A stretch of DNA of 64,000 nucleotides from Candidatus Staskawiczbacteria bacterium (GCA_903885445.1 CAISIO010000036.1:37485-101484); one strand, 5' to 3'. Shown: positions 18,832-28,563, numbered from the stretch's first letter. The notes: generated by a model not told the origin, from the sequence alone. Made by a program: numbers and translations.

Positions 18832-19803
18832 TTATTTTTTATCAGGGTCGGAGTGGAATTGGTGGTGGATATCGCGGAGGCGCTTGTTGGTTACGTGCGT
18901 GTAGATTTGAGTGGTGGCGATGTTTGAGTGGCCTAGAAATTCTTGGATGCTGCGCAAGTCAACGCCTTGGTTTAACAAATCTGTCGCGTAGCTGTGGCGC
19001 AAAGTATGCGGAGTGGTGAAGATTGGCACGCCTGAAAGCAGAGCGTATTTTTTTACCATTCTTTCTATAGATCGCGGAGTAAGACGGGAGTCGGTGTTAT
19101 CGGCCTTATCGCGGAAGTTTATAAACAAGGCTTTTTGGTTGGCGTGCTTAACATCATTTCTTATTTCTAAATATTTTCTGATAAAGCCCAACGCGCGTTC
19201 AGAAAAATAAACAACTCGAGGTTTTCCGCCTTTGCCAATAACACCAAGCTCCATATCTTTTTTATCTTTTAAACTGTTAAACTGCTCAAGATTTAAAGAA
19301 ACCAGTTCGGCGATGCGAAGCCCTGTTGAGAAAAACGCCTCCAAAATAGCCCGGTCGCGGGTGCTTATATCGTCTTTTGGCTCTATGGAAGATAAAAGCT
19401 TACCAATCTGCTCTAAACTAAGGAATTTTATGCTTTTTAAGCCCCTGTCAGGCTTTGAGAGCGATATTTTGTCAGGGGGCAGTGAAAGTACGTCTTTTGC
19501 CACAAAGTAGCCTAAAAAGGCCCTTAAGGCGATTAAATAGTAGTTTTGGGTGCCTTTAGACAGCAATTTGCCGGTAGTTGGGCTAGGCGTGCGGGAAAGG
19601 TATAAACGGTAGGTCCAAACATGGTCAGAGGTCAGCTGATGGGGGAGTAAAGAGGATAATTTGTCCTGGTCTAGCCAATGAAAAAATTTCCCCAGATAAT
19701 TTTTATAATTCTCCTGAGTATTTTTTCTCAAACCTTTTTCAACTTCGCAATAATCTAAAAAATCTTGCAGATGTTCTTTTATTGGTTTTGTTGAGTTTTG
19801 CAT
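18832..19803 (-). CDS. Tyrosine site-specific recombinase, XerC/XerD family
   Basis: 323 aa. N-terminal core-binding domain, C-terminal catalytic domain with R...HTLRHSYAT...LGHSNIATTQIYTHV (R-H-R-Y signature region). Confidence 0.85.
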   Translation of the reverse strand: MQNSTKPIKEHLQDFLDYCEVEKGLRKNTQENYKNYLGKFFHWLDQDKLSSLLPHQLTSDHVWTYRLYLSRTPSPTTGKLLSKGTQNYYLIALRAFLGYFVAKDVLSLPPDKISLSKPDRGLKSIKFLSLEQIGKLLSSIEPKDDISTRDRAILEAFFSTGLRIAELVSLNLEQFNSLKDKKDMELGVIGKGGKPRVVYFSERALGFIRKYLEIRNDVKHANQKALFINFRDKADNTDSRLTPRSIERMVKKYALLSGVPIFTTPHTLRHSYATDLLNQGVDLRSIQEFLGHSNIATTQIYTHVTNKRLRDIHHQFHSDPDKK

Positions 19804-19945
19804 TTTTCCGGATTTTTAGAAGCACCACCTTAGATAACGTCGCTTTACCTACATTTTGCGACATAGCCTATATACTAATAATAGCCGTCCCCTAGACCCG
19901 TGTCAACACTCAAAAGCCTTAAAAGACGACCTAAACTACAACTTA

Positions 19946-20320
19946 TTATTTAACAGCCGGAGCTTGGGCCGGCTGGACTGCGCAATTATTATTTTCTCCC
20001 GGATGTAAAATGCTATCTGCAATTCCGGAAAAATAATTTCCAATTTTTGTTGAAATATTTTCTGAAACTTTATTTTTTTCTTGCGTGATTTCATTTTTTA
20101 TCACGTCTCCCCTCTTCTGCACCTCCCCGCTTATGGTCGGGTATACTTTAGACATAACCCAATTAGACCCTTTTGCCGCGTATGCCTGGACTTGGCTTTC
20201 GGCTCCCGAAATAAGGTTTTTCCCAAATTCCCTTGTGTATGCCTGCTGGCCCAAAAAAACAACAGCCAATATAACAGCTATGATTACAATATACTTTATA
20301 AAGCCTTGCTGATTGTCCAT
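19946..20320 (-). CDS. Hypothetical membrane-anchored protein
   Basis: 124-aa ORF, N-terminal TM. Confidence 0.5.
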   Translation of the reverse strand: MDNQQGFIKYIVIIAVILAVVFLGQQAYTREFGKNLISGAESQVQAYAAKGSNWVMSKVYPTISGEVQKRGDVIKNEITQEKNKVSENISTKIGNYFSGIADSILHPGENNNCAVQPAQAPAVK

Positions 20321-20379
20321 ATAAAAAAATTTATAAGTTATTTGTATATTATATCACTCCCCTTTTTTACAAGCAAAAG

Positions 20380-20393
20380 TTTGTCGCACAATA
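20380..20393 (+). repeat. 14-bp motif copy C (TTTGTCGCACAATA; 22/23 identical with copy F over TTTGTCGCACAATAAGATA[G/A]ACC)
   Basis: Direct sequence comparison. Confidence 0.75.
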
Positions 20394-20489
20394 AGATAGA
20401 CCAAAACTTAAAGCGATTCTTAAAAAAGTTTGGGCGGCTGCTTTGGTAAGCAGCCGCCCCGAGAATCTGATGGTCAGATCCCCCCGTTG

Positions 20490-20654
20490 TCACCGTGAAG
20501 GTGACGTTGATGTGGCCGGCGTGATGCCGGCGTTTTCCAGGGCTTTTGCGATGCCCTGGCTGTGATCGCCCTGCATCTGGGTTGTTCTGCCAACTGCCCA
20601 AGCTCCGATGCAGAGCCCCGTGGCAATCACCAACATCGCAAGAATCCATTTCAT
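20490..20654 (-). CDS. Small secreted peptide (54 aa, signal peptide), GC-rich micro-island
   Basis: MKWILAMLVIATGLCIGAWAVG signal-like N-terminus. Terminator GGGCGGCTGC..GCAGCCGCCC + T-run at 20410-20455. Preferred over out-of-frame track ORF 20338..20649. Confidence 0.45.
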   Translation of the reverse strand: MKWILAMLVIATGLCIGAWAVGRTTQMQGDHSQGIAKALENAGITPATSTSPSR

Positions 20655-20769
20655 ATTCTGCCCTTTCGTTCGTGGTTCTATTGTGATTCAGCCTAGATTA
20701 ATTATAACATATTAATATAGTCATGTCAAGTAAATAAAAACACCCTGCGCGGGTGCTCTTACTTGCCGA

Positions 20770-20783
20770 TTTGTCGCACAATA
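20770..20783 (+). repeat. 14-bp motif copy D (TTTGTCGCACAATA)
   Basis: 8 nt beyond stop of 20792..21358 (minus) and before its CACCC..GGGTG terminator. Confidence 0.75.
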
Positions 20784-20791
20784 GAGTATTT

Positions 20792-21358
20792 TTACTGCCT
20801 TATTTCTTCCGCGCTTACGATATGGCGGGAATTTTTTAAAACTCTCAGTTGATATTGTATAGAGGGTCTATTTGCATCGTATTCGTTTTTACCTAAGGAT
20901 TTAAGATCGGAATTGTCGTAATAACCGCAAAAGACATCATAAGTATCGCCATTTATATCTATGCAGCGAGTGCAGGCGAGATTTCTGGGGTTATGCGGGC
21001 ACCAATGCAGGCTGATTTTGGCGGTTATTTTTGTTTGGTTTAGGCCGAAACCGTCCATGAAATAATTACTGAGCATCCATCCGAACAATAAAATACACAA
21101 CACGCTAGCGGTTAAAAATATTATTGAGAATTGCAGTTCATCCTTATTCTTTTTCTTTTTTTTCAGCAGAACAACCGCATAAAGCAATCCAAAAATTGAG
21201 GCGGCGAAAAAAACAATGTAAATAATGTTTTCGAAAAGCAGCGCTAATAGCTGGTATTTGCTAAACGGCAACAACAAAAAACCCAGCGCGCACGATGCCA
21301 AAAATGTGAGAATAAAAATCCATAACCCCCAAACTAAAGCCCTTCCTTTTGCAGTCAT
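20792..21358 (-). CDS. Hypothetical membrane protein with Cys-rich C-terminal domain
   Basis: 188-aa ORF, 3 TM helices then CPHNPRNLACTRCIDINGDTYDVFCGYYD. Confidence 0.5.
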   Translation of the reverse strand: MTAKGRALVWGLWIFILTFLASCALGFLLLPFSKYQLLALLFENIIYIVFFAASIFGLLYAVVLLKKKKKNKDELQFSIIFLTASVLCILLFGWMLSNYFMDGFGLNQTKITAKISLHWCPHNPRNLACTRCIDINGDTYDVFCGYYDNSDLKSLGKNEYDANRPSIQYQLRVLKNSRHIVSAEEIRQ

Positions 21359-21359
21359 A

Positions 21360-22856
21360 TTATTTATTTAATAATTCTTTTGCCCTGTTGATTCTCTCCA
21401 GTGTTTTTTCTCTGCCTAAAATATCGGCTATTTCAAAGGGGCTTGGTGAAAAGCTTTTTCCGGATAATGCCACGCGCAGCGGCCACAAAAGGTAACCTTT
21501 ATTTTTTTCCGGATAGCCTTTTTCCAGATTAAATTTTTCCGAGCCGGCGAATAATTCTTTCTCCAGATTTTTTATGTCCCATTTTTTTATCGCAGATAAT
21601 ATTTTTTCGGAGAAAACCAAGGAATCTTTTATGTCGTTATCCCCCATCTTCTGCCACTTCAGTAAATCCTTATCGTAAATTAATTTGTCAGGAAAAAATA
21701 AATCTGCCAGCTCGGAAATCTCCGATAACTTCTTCATTCTTGTCCGCGAAACCTCAACAATTTTTTCCAGTTTATGTTCCGATGATTGGCCTTCAACTAA
21801 AAGCCCCGACTCCTTTAGGTATGGTATGCAAAGTTCAGTCAGTTTTTCTATCGGTTTTTCGCGGATATAAAAACCATTTAAGAAATCCAGTCTTTGCAAA
21901 TTAAATACAGCGCCGGCTTTCTGAACTTTTTCAATTGAAAATTCTTTTATAAGTTGTTGCAGGGTGAATATTTCTTTTTCAGTCCCCGGATTCCATCCGA
22001 GCAAAACCATAAAATTAACCATGGCCTCCGGCAAGTATCCTTTGCTGTGATAATCAGATAAAGCTACGTCTCCCTGGCGCTTGGACATCTTGCTTTTATC
22101 CATATTCAACATAAGCGGCAAGTGCGCGTATATTGGCTGATAAAAACCAAGCGCTTCCTGTAAAAGTATCTGGCGTGGCGTATTTGATAAATGTTCCTCC
22201 CCTCTTATCACATGGCTTATTTGCATTAAAAAATCATCAACCACAACCGCGAAGTGGTATAAAGGAGTCCTTAAATTTTTTGCTATCACTATATCCCCCA
22301 GTAGGCCTGCGTCAAATTCAACTTCTTGGCGGATTAAATCAGTAAATTTAATTTTTTTGTTTTCGACTCTAAATCTTATGACAGAAGATTTTCCGTCAGC
22401 AAGGTTTTTCTGTACAGCCTCTGCTGATAAATGAGCGCACGCCCCGTCATATTTTGGAGCCAGTCCCCTGCTCATCTGTTCCTGGCGCTTAGCTTCAAGC
22501 TCTTCCTCTGCGCAAAAACAATAATAAGCTTTATTATTTCCTAAAAGCTCTTTTAAATATTTTTCATAAATGTCCAGCCGCTGTGTTTGTTTATACGGAC
22601 CAAAATCTCCGCCAATATCCGGGCCTTCATCCCATTCAATTCCCAGCCATTTTAGCTCTTCGAGTATTTCATCGGTCCATCTTTGTTCAGATCTTTGCAG
22701 GTCTGTGTCTTCTATGCGCAAAATAAATTTTCCTTTATTTTTTTTTGCAAATAAATAATTAAATAGCGCGGACCTCGAACCGCCAACATGCAACGGTCCC
22801 GTTGGGGACGGCGCAAAACGTACTCTAACTTTTTTATCTTCTATTTTCTTTGGCAT
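21360..22856 (-). CDS. gltX: Glutamyl-tRNA synthetase
   Basis: Class I HIGH-like PSPTGPLHVGG and KMSKR (KMSKRQGDV) motifs. Confidence 0.9.
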   Translation of the reverse strand: MPKKIEDKKVRVRFAPSPTGPLHVGGSRSALFNYLFAKKNKGKFILRIEDTDLQRSEQRWTDEILEELKWLGIEWDEGPDIGGDFGPYKQTQRLDIYEKYLKELLGNNKAYYCFCAEEELEAKRQEQMSRGLAPKYDGACAHLSAEAVQKNLADGKSSVIRFRVENKKIKFTDLIRQEVEFDAGLLGDIVIAKNLRTPLYHFAVVVDDFLMQISHVIRGEEHLSNTPRQILLQEALGFYQPIYAHLPLMLNMDKSKMSKRQGDVALSDYHSKGYLPEAMVNFMVLLGWNPGTEKEIFTLQQLIKEFSIEKVQKAGAVFNLQRLDFLNGFYIREKPIEKLTELCIPYLKESGLLVEGQSSEHKLEKIVEVSRTRMKKLSEISELADLFFPDKLIYDKDLLKWQKMGDNDIKDSLVFSEKILSAIKKWDIKNLEKELFAGSEKFNLEKGYPEKNKGYLLWPLRVALSGKSFSPSPFEIADILGREKTLERINRAKELLNK

Positions 22857-22863
22857 ATTTAAT

Positions 22864-24012
22864 TTAGTCTAACATTAAAAATTCTAGAATTTCACGGGCA
22901 AGCGCGCGCGCCGCCAATGGTTTCGCAAAGGCCAGCGCTGATTGTTTCATTGCTTCAAGCTTTTCGGGGTGTAAAAATAATAGTTGTATATTTTCTAAAA
23001 AGAAATTCGGCGTAAGATTTTCCTGTTCAATCACCATAGCAGCTCCGGTCTGGGCATAGACGTATGCATTTTTCGACTGGTGGTCTCCGGCTGCTGATGG
23101 AAGCGGTATCAAAATGCTCGGCTTGCCAACTGCCGCAATTTCAAAAATAGAGCCTGCGCCAGATCGCGAGATTATAAGGTCAGCCGCCTTGTACGCGTGT
23201 TTCATTTTTTCTTCGTCTAAAAATCCAATTGGGTGGTAATACCTGTCCAGCTCTTGGTCTTTTTCTTCATCTTCCACAACCTGCGCCTCAGCTGATTCCT
23301 CTTTTAAATTTGCCGTTCCGGTGAGATGTATTATTTCGTAATCTTTCAGCAAAGCATTTAAAATTTCTAAAACAAAATCATTGATAGCCTCAGCCCCCTG
23401 CGAACCGCCCATTATCAAAAATACCGGCTTGGAAAGGGACAAATTAAACATTTCCGCGGCCATTTTTTCATCGCCGTCCAAAATTTCTTTGCGTATCGGA
23501 TTTCCGGTTAATATCGTTTTTTCTGGATTAAAATATTCTGTCTTGGGAAAAGAAACGAATATTTTTTTAGCCCACTTTGCGGTGGTTTGGTTTGAAAGCC
23601 CCGGCACAACATCTGATTCGTGTAAAAACACTGGGATTTTCAAAAATCTTGCGGAATAAGTTACAGCAATTGACCCAGAGCCTCCTTTGCTGAAAACTAA
23701 ATCAGGCTTAATCATCAAAAGCATGAAAAAACTTTGAATTACACCCAGGGGAATTTTAAATAGAATATCCACAAAGTTCTGCCACGCAAAATATCTCCTA
23801 ATTTTCCCCGATATGATTGTCTTTATTACAAAATCTTCTTGTGAAAGTAGAATCTGGCTAAAATCATCTTTGGGGCCCAAATAATAAAACTCCAAATCCC
23901 CGCCTTGCTGCGAGGCAGGTTTTTTAGGATAAATTCTTCGTATTTCTCTGGCGATGGCGACAAGCGGAAAAACGTGCCCGCCGGTTCCGCCGCCCGTAAA
24001 TAAAATCTTCAT
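22864..24012 (-). CDS. murG: UDP-N-acetylglucosamine--N-acetylmuramyl-(pentapeptide) pyrophosphoryl-undecaprenol GlcNAc transferase
   Basis: MKILFTGGGTGGHVFP N-terminus, glycosyltransferase family 28 layout. Confidence 0.9.
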   Translation of the reverse strand: MKILFTGGGTGGHVFPLVAIAREIRRIYPKKPASQQGGDLEFYYLGPKDDFSQILLSQEDFVIKTIISGKIRRYFAWQNFVDILFKIPLGVIQSFFMLLMIKPDLVFSKGGSGSIAVTYSARFLKIPVFLHESDVVPGLSNQTTAKWAKKIFVSFPKTEYFNPEKTILTGNPIRKEILDGDEKMAAEMFNLSLSKPVFLIMGGSQGAEAINDFVLEILNALLKDYEIIHLTGTANLKEESAEAQVVEDEEKDQELDRYYHPIGFLDEEKMKHAYKAADLIISRSGAGSIFEIAAVGKPSILIPLPSAAGDHQSKNAYVYAQTGAAMVIEQENLTPNFFLENIQLLFLHPEKLEAMKQSALAFAKPLAARALAREILEFLMLD

Positions 24013-24013
24013 T

Positions 24014-25141
24014 TTATGTATTTTTTGAAATATTTAATAAAAGCCCGACCCCAATTAGTTCAATAACCAGGTGCGAACCGCCGTAAGAAAAAAATGGCAA
24101 AGGAATCCCGGCCAGCGGAAAAATACCAGCGACAGAAGATATATTTATAAATGCCTGGAAGGTTATCCAAAATACAATGCCAGTAGCTGTAAGTTTTGAA
24201 AACCGGTCGCCTGAATTTTTGGCGATTTTAATGCCCAACCAGAAAAATAAAATAAAAATGACAATTAGCGCGATACATCCGACGGCCCCAGTCTCTTCGC
24301 CCATTATAGCAAAAATTGAGTCAGACATCGCCTGCGGCAACGCTCCAAATTTTTCCACCGACATTCCCAGTCCTTTCCCAAAAACTCCGCCCGAACCAAG
24401 CGAAATTAACGACTGGCGCAACTGGTATCCTTTTCCCAAAGGGTCGGAGTCCGGATGCAAGAAAATCAGCCATCGATTCAAGCGGTATGGCTCAAACTTT
24501 ATCAAAAATAGTAAAATGCTAGCGCCCGAAAAAGTCACAAGCAGGGTGTGCCAAAAAGGAGTCTTGGCGGAAAAATATAAGACGAGCAGCGTTATGGAAA
24601 TAATGCCGAGCGTACTGGCATCATTTTGAAAAATCAGCGCGATAGCAATCAACCCAAGAAAAATTAGAAAAGGAACAAGTATATATATTATATTATGATA
24701 ACCTTTTTTTGTGCGAGATTTCCAGTCTCCGGACCCGGTTTCCGATAATTTAGAGGCAATCCAGGCGGAAAGATACAGAATTGCGGTAATTTTTAAAAAT
24801 TCCGACGGCTGTATGTTGGCAACCCCAAGATGAATCCATCGGCTGGCTCCGTTTGCGCTAGACCCGATTCCGGGCAAAAAAACCACAAACAAAAAGCCAA
24901 GGTTTAACAATACAAAAAGCCAGGCCCATTTCTTTAGAAAACTTAAAGGGATTTTATACGCAATAAACCCCAAAACAGCCGCCGGCAAAAATCCGAACAA
25001 TAGTTGGTGAAGTAGATAATAATTAGTTGTGCCGAATTTTTTTAATGATTCGGGAGCTGACATGCAAGCTAAAAACAAAAGGCTGAAACAAAGCAGAAAA
25101 ACGACTAAAAAAAATAAAAAATAATTAAACGGGTTCTTCAT
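24014..25141 (-). CDS. ftsW: SEDS-family cell division/elongation protein FtsW/RodA
   Basis: 10-TM SEDS topology, located between murD and murG. Confidence 0.85.
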   Translation of the reverse strand: MKNPFNYFLFFLVVFLLCFSLLFLACMSAPESLKKFGTTNYYLLHQLLFGFLPAAVLGFIAYKIPLSFLKKWAWLFVLLNLGFLFVVFLPGIGSSANGASRWIHLGVANIQPSEFLKITAILYLSAWIASKLSETGSGDWKSRTKKGYHNIIYILVPFLIFLGLIAIALIFQNDASTLGIISITLLVLYFSAKTPFWHTLLVTFSGASILLFLIKFEPYRLNRWLIFLHPDSDPLGKGYQLRQSLISLGSGGVFGKGLGMSVEKFGALPQAMSDSIFAIMGEETGAVGCIALIVIFILFFWLGIKIAKNSGDRFSKLTATGIVFWITFQAFINISSVAGIFPLAGIPLPFFSYGGSHLVIELIGVGLLLNISKNT

Positions 25142-26439
25142 TTTAAATCTTTGACAGCTTTTACAAATTGCGCGCCTCTGTCAAATTCATTTTTAAACAA
25201 ATTAAAACTTGAGGCAGCCGGGGAAAGCGCCACTAAATCCCCCGCCTCCGCGAGCTCAGCGGCTTTTTTAACAGCTTCCTGCATTGAAGAAGCGGCATTC
25301 ACTTTTGCGTAATCGCCCAAAGCTTCTTTTATTTTATCAGACCCGCTACCAGGCAGTAAAATCAGCCCGACAGACCTTTCTTCTATTTTTTCTGCCATAG
25401 CCCTATAATCGACTCCTTTATAAACTCCTCCGCATATTAAAAATATTTTTCCCGAAGGATATTCTTCCGAAAAAGAATCTATAGCCGAAATTACGGCCTG
25501 TGGTATTGTGGCTGTCGTATCATTGAAATATTTTACTCCATTAACTTCTTTTACAAACTCCTGGCGATTCGGTACGCCCTTAAAACTTTTCAATGATTTC
25601 TTTATGTTTTCTGCCGGAACTTTCAACAATTTTGCAACCTCAATCGCCGCTGAAAGATTTGATAAATTATGTTTCCCGAATAATCTTAATCCTTTTGCCT
25701 CAACATCTTTCGGGAAGAATATAACCTTAGATCCCGCTTCTTTCGCAAACTCGCGGGAGGTCGGGTCATCGGCGCTTAAAACCAAAAAATCTTTTTCTGC
25801 CTGATATTTAAAGATGATTTTTTTGGCCTCAATATATCCTGCCATGCCCGCATACCTGTTTAGATGGTCGGGCATTATGTTTGTTATTACGGCAATCTGC
25901 GGACTTTGTTTTAAATCCTCCAGCTCAAAACTGGAAAGTTCCAGGATAACTTTGTCGTTCTTTTTTATTTTTGCCAAAAGCTCCAGCGGAGACACTCCAA
26001 TGTTGCCCGCCAAGAAAATTCTTTTATACTTTGATTTCAGCAGGTGATAAATCAGCGATGCTGTGGTTGATTTTCCCTTTGTGCCGGTTACGCCTATGAT
26101 AAAAGCTTTTGATAATTTAAAAAACAAACTGACGTCGGTTTCTATTTGAATGTTATTCTTCCGCGCGACTTCTAAATATGGGGACGTGCTTGGAACATCG
26201 GGATTTTTTATAATTAAGCCGGCCGACAGAAAATCTTTTTCTTCGTGGCCGCCAAGCGCATACCTGATTTTTAACCTTTTTAATTTTTCAACAGATTCTT
26301 TCAACTGCTCTTTTGTTTTTAAATCTGTGACCAAAACGTCCGCGCCTTGTTTGCAGAAGAATTTCGCAACTCCAACTCCCCCGCCGTTTAAGCCGAGCCC
26401 CATTATTAAAACCTTTTTATTTTTAAATAATTTAGTCAT
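25138..26439 (-). CDS. murD: UDP-N-acetylmuramoylalanine--D-glutamate ligase
   Basis: Mur ligase P-loop GVTGTKGKSTTASLI, central and C-terminal Mur ligase domains. Confidence 0.9.
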   Translation of the reverse strand: MTKLFKNKKVLIMGLGLNGGGVGVAKFFCKQGADVLVTDLKTKEQLKESVEKLKRLKIRYALGGHEEKDFLSAGLIIKNPDVPSTSPYLEVARKNNIQIETDVSLFFKLSKAFIIGVTGTKGKSTTASLIYHLLKSKYKRIFLAGNIGVSPLELLAKIKKNDKVILELSSFELEDLKQSPQIAVITNIMPDHLNRYAGMAGYIEAKKIIFKYQAEKDFLVLSADDPTSREFAKEAGSKVIFFPKDVEAKGLRLFGKHNLSNLSAAIEVAKLLKVPAENIKKSLKSFKGVPNRQEFVKEVNGVKYFNDTTATIPQAVISAIDSFSEEYPSGKIFLICGGVYKGVDYRAMAEKIEERSVGLILLPGSGSDKIKEALGDYAKVNAASSMQEAVKKAAELAEAGDLVALSPAASSFNLFKNEFDRGAQFVKAVKDLK

Positions 26440-27229
26440 CGAATGGGTCGTTTATAATTGGATTTATTTTTTTCTTAAAACAGAGTCGGTTAATCTCCTT
26501 CAAGTCGTATGGTTCGTCCGAAAAGAAAAACTTATGGCCGCTCCCCTGCTTTAATTTCTTAGCCAGTAGCGGGTTTTCTTTCAGATACTTTTTAATTTCT
26601 TTTGCCGTGCTCTCAGCCGGATTTATTATTTTCACTTTTGAACCCATAACTTTTTTGATTACGCCTTCCAGCAAGGGGTAATGTGTGCAGGCAAGAACTA
26701 AAACATCCACATTATTGGCTTTTATTTTTTTAAGATATTCTCTTACCAGTTTTTCGGTTACCGCGCCTTTAGTAAAACCCATCTCAACCATCGGAACAAA
26801 CAGCGGACATGCTTGCGAATAAATTTTCAAGGATGGATCTAGTTTTTTCAACCTATCGCTCCAAGCATTACTTTTTATTGTGCCGGGCGTTCCTATTACG
26901 CCAACTTTCTTGTTTTTTGTATTTATTATGACATCTTTTGCGGCAAAACTTATCATGTCAAAAATTGGCACGCCCTTATATTTACTTCTCAGAAAATCAG
27001 CGGCCCAGGCAGACGATGTGTTGCAGGCGATTACGATAATTTTCGCTTTTTTATTCAACAACCAGCCGGTTGTTTTTCCTGAATATTTTTTTACAAAATC
27101 AGCTCCCTTCGTGCCGTAAGGAAGCCTGGCGGTATCTCCAAAATAAATTATTTGTTTGCCGGGAAGATATTTAAAAATCTCTTTTACAACAGTTAAACCT
27201 CCCACGCCCGAATCAAAAATTCCTATCAT
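26432..27229 (-). CDS. murI: Glutamate racemase
   Basis: MIGIFDSGVGGLTV, CNTSSA, ACTHYPLL motifs. Confidence 0.9.
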   Translation of the reverse strand: MIGIFDSGVGGLTVVKEIFKYLPGKQIIYFGDTARLPYGTKGADFVKKYSGKTTGWLLNKKAKIIVIACNTSSAWAADFLRSKYKGVPIFDMISFAAKDVIINTKNKKVGVIGTPGTIKSNAWSDRLKKLDPSLKIYSQACPLFVPMVEMGFTKGAVTEKLVREYLKKIKANNVDVLVLACTHYPLLEGVIKKVMGSKVKIINPAESTAKEIKKYLKENPLLAKKLKQGSGHKFFFSDEPYDLKEINRLCFKKKINPIINDPFDD

Positions 27230-27270
27230 ATTTTTATTCTTCAGTATATCAAAAATTTTGCGTTAATCAA

Positions 27271-27299
27271 ACCGCCCGAGGCAGTTGGCCACGGGCGGT
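27271..27299. terminator. Hairpin terminator ACCGCCCG-aggcagttggcca-CGGGCGGT (copy 1 of a repeated terminator)
   Basis: Near-identical copy at 28519-28547. The pair brackets gene 27311..28450. Confidence 0.55.
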
Positions 27300-27310
27300 A
27301 TTTAGTTAAA

Positions 27311-28450
27311 CTATTTAGCTTCCGCATCCAATACTTTTTGGAGTCCGTCTCGCGGCTGAACCTTACCATCAGTCATAGCGTTAAGCACGTCACTTAATTT
27401 CACGGTTAGAGGGGTTTTATCGTGTAAGGGCTTAATCCACATATTTTCTCTCACTTTTCTCCCCTGAGGAAATTCTTCATTTAGGGGTCCTGCCGTATTT
27501 ATAAAAAAGTTTTGTTCCTTGGGATTCCAGATAACATATGCTCCGCAGCCATACCCGCGAGCGGCATCAAATCCGGCCCCGACAGTTTTGCCGAGATCTA
27601 TGACAATTCTGCCGTAACGGTCTGAATCAACGACCATGCCATCTTTATCCATTTCTGCAAGTCTGGCTAATGACGAATCGACAATTTTTTTCTGCTCTTT
27701 GCTTCTTCCTACAAGTCCCATTCTCTGCAAGCCAACCAGAGATAGGAGTTTTGTGGGACTTCGTCCGTCCTTAAAGTAATCCACGAGATCGCTGGGGTCA
27801 ATAAATCTTTGCAGGCCAAGAACTGTTAGATATGAATTTTTAAAATCTTCTTTTGTCCTAGGATAACTGCCCGTATCAACCTGGGTTACAAACTCAACTA
27901 ATTTATCCAAATGTTCCTCTCTTTTTAACAATCCGAGTTTAATCAGCGTCTCATAGGCAACTTTTGTGGCGGATGAATCACTGCCGGATTCTGGCGCATG
28001 ATGGTCCATAAAAGCAGTTTTACCGCCATCTTCTATGACCAGCCCTTCTTTGTCTCCGGTGTCCAAGTTAATTCTTCCTTCAACGGACGAACTTGGAGCC
28101 ACATATTTAACATCCTTTACATCTATTCCGGCCAGTTTCAACATAAGCATGCTAGACTTACCATCCAAATCCGTGAATGGTAAAATCGTTGTTTGCTTGG
28201 TTTTCGCATCGACGCGCGTTATTCCATGTACGGCAAATTCTCGCCATAATTCTCTTGTTTTTTTTATAAATTGTTTGTCGCCTTCTTGCTCTGTGTCTGC
28301 TGCAAGCTCGCTGTAATCGCTAACCCTGGCGATTGTAATTTCTGCGGCATCTCTTGAGGTTTTGTTTTTTAATTCCGGCTCTTCTGCGCCAGACTGTAAG
28401 TCTTCGTTTGTTGGCTCATCAGGATGTCTCGACTCTTTTGATTCACTCAT
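27311..28450 (-). CDS. Hypothetical protein (acidic N-terminus; weak DHH-like motif)
   Basis: 379-aa ORF, GC higher than neighbours. AFMDHHAPESG might hint at DHH phosphoesterase, but other motifs not seen. Confidence 0.5.
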   Translation of the reverse strand: MSESKESRHPDEPTNEDLQSGAEEPELKNKTSRDAAEITIARVSDYSELAADTEQEGDKQFIKKTRELWREFAVHGITRVDAKTKQTTILPFTDLDGKSSMLMLKLAGIDVKDVKYVAPSSSVEGRINLDTGDKEGLVIEDGGKTAFMDHHAPESGSDSSATKVAYETLIKLGLLKREEHLDKLVEFVTQVDTGSYPRTKEDFKNSYLTVLGLQRFIDPSDLVDYFKDGRSPTKLLSLVGLQRMGLVGRSKEQKKIVDSSLARLAEMDKDGMVVDSDRYGRIVIDLGKTVGAGFDAARGYGCGAYVIWNPKEQNFFINTAGPLNEEFPQGRKVRENMWIKPLHDKTPLTVKLSDVLNAMTDGKVQPRDGLQKVLDAEAK

Positions 28451-28518
28451 TTTATTATTTTGCTTATTTAATTTTATTAATATATATTAAAATGAAACAA
28501 ATTTAAAAGCAAACAAAA

Positions 28519-28547
28519 ACCGCCTGCGGCAGTTGGCCACGGGCGGT
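28519..28547. terminator. Hairpin terminator ACCGCCTG-cggcagttggcca-CGGGCGGT (copy 2)
   Basis: Shares 20-nt identical core GGCAGTTGGCCACGGGCGGT with copy at 27271-27299. Confidence 0.55.
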
Positions 28548-28563
28548 TTTTATATAAGAAAAT

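Noticed and set aside
20338-20649. Track ORF (103 aa) overlapping the small secreted peptide gene
   Set aside because: Offset by 2 nt from an ATG with SD that gives a clean signal peptide. Runs through the terminator hairpin.
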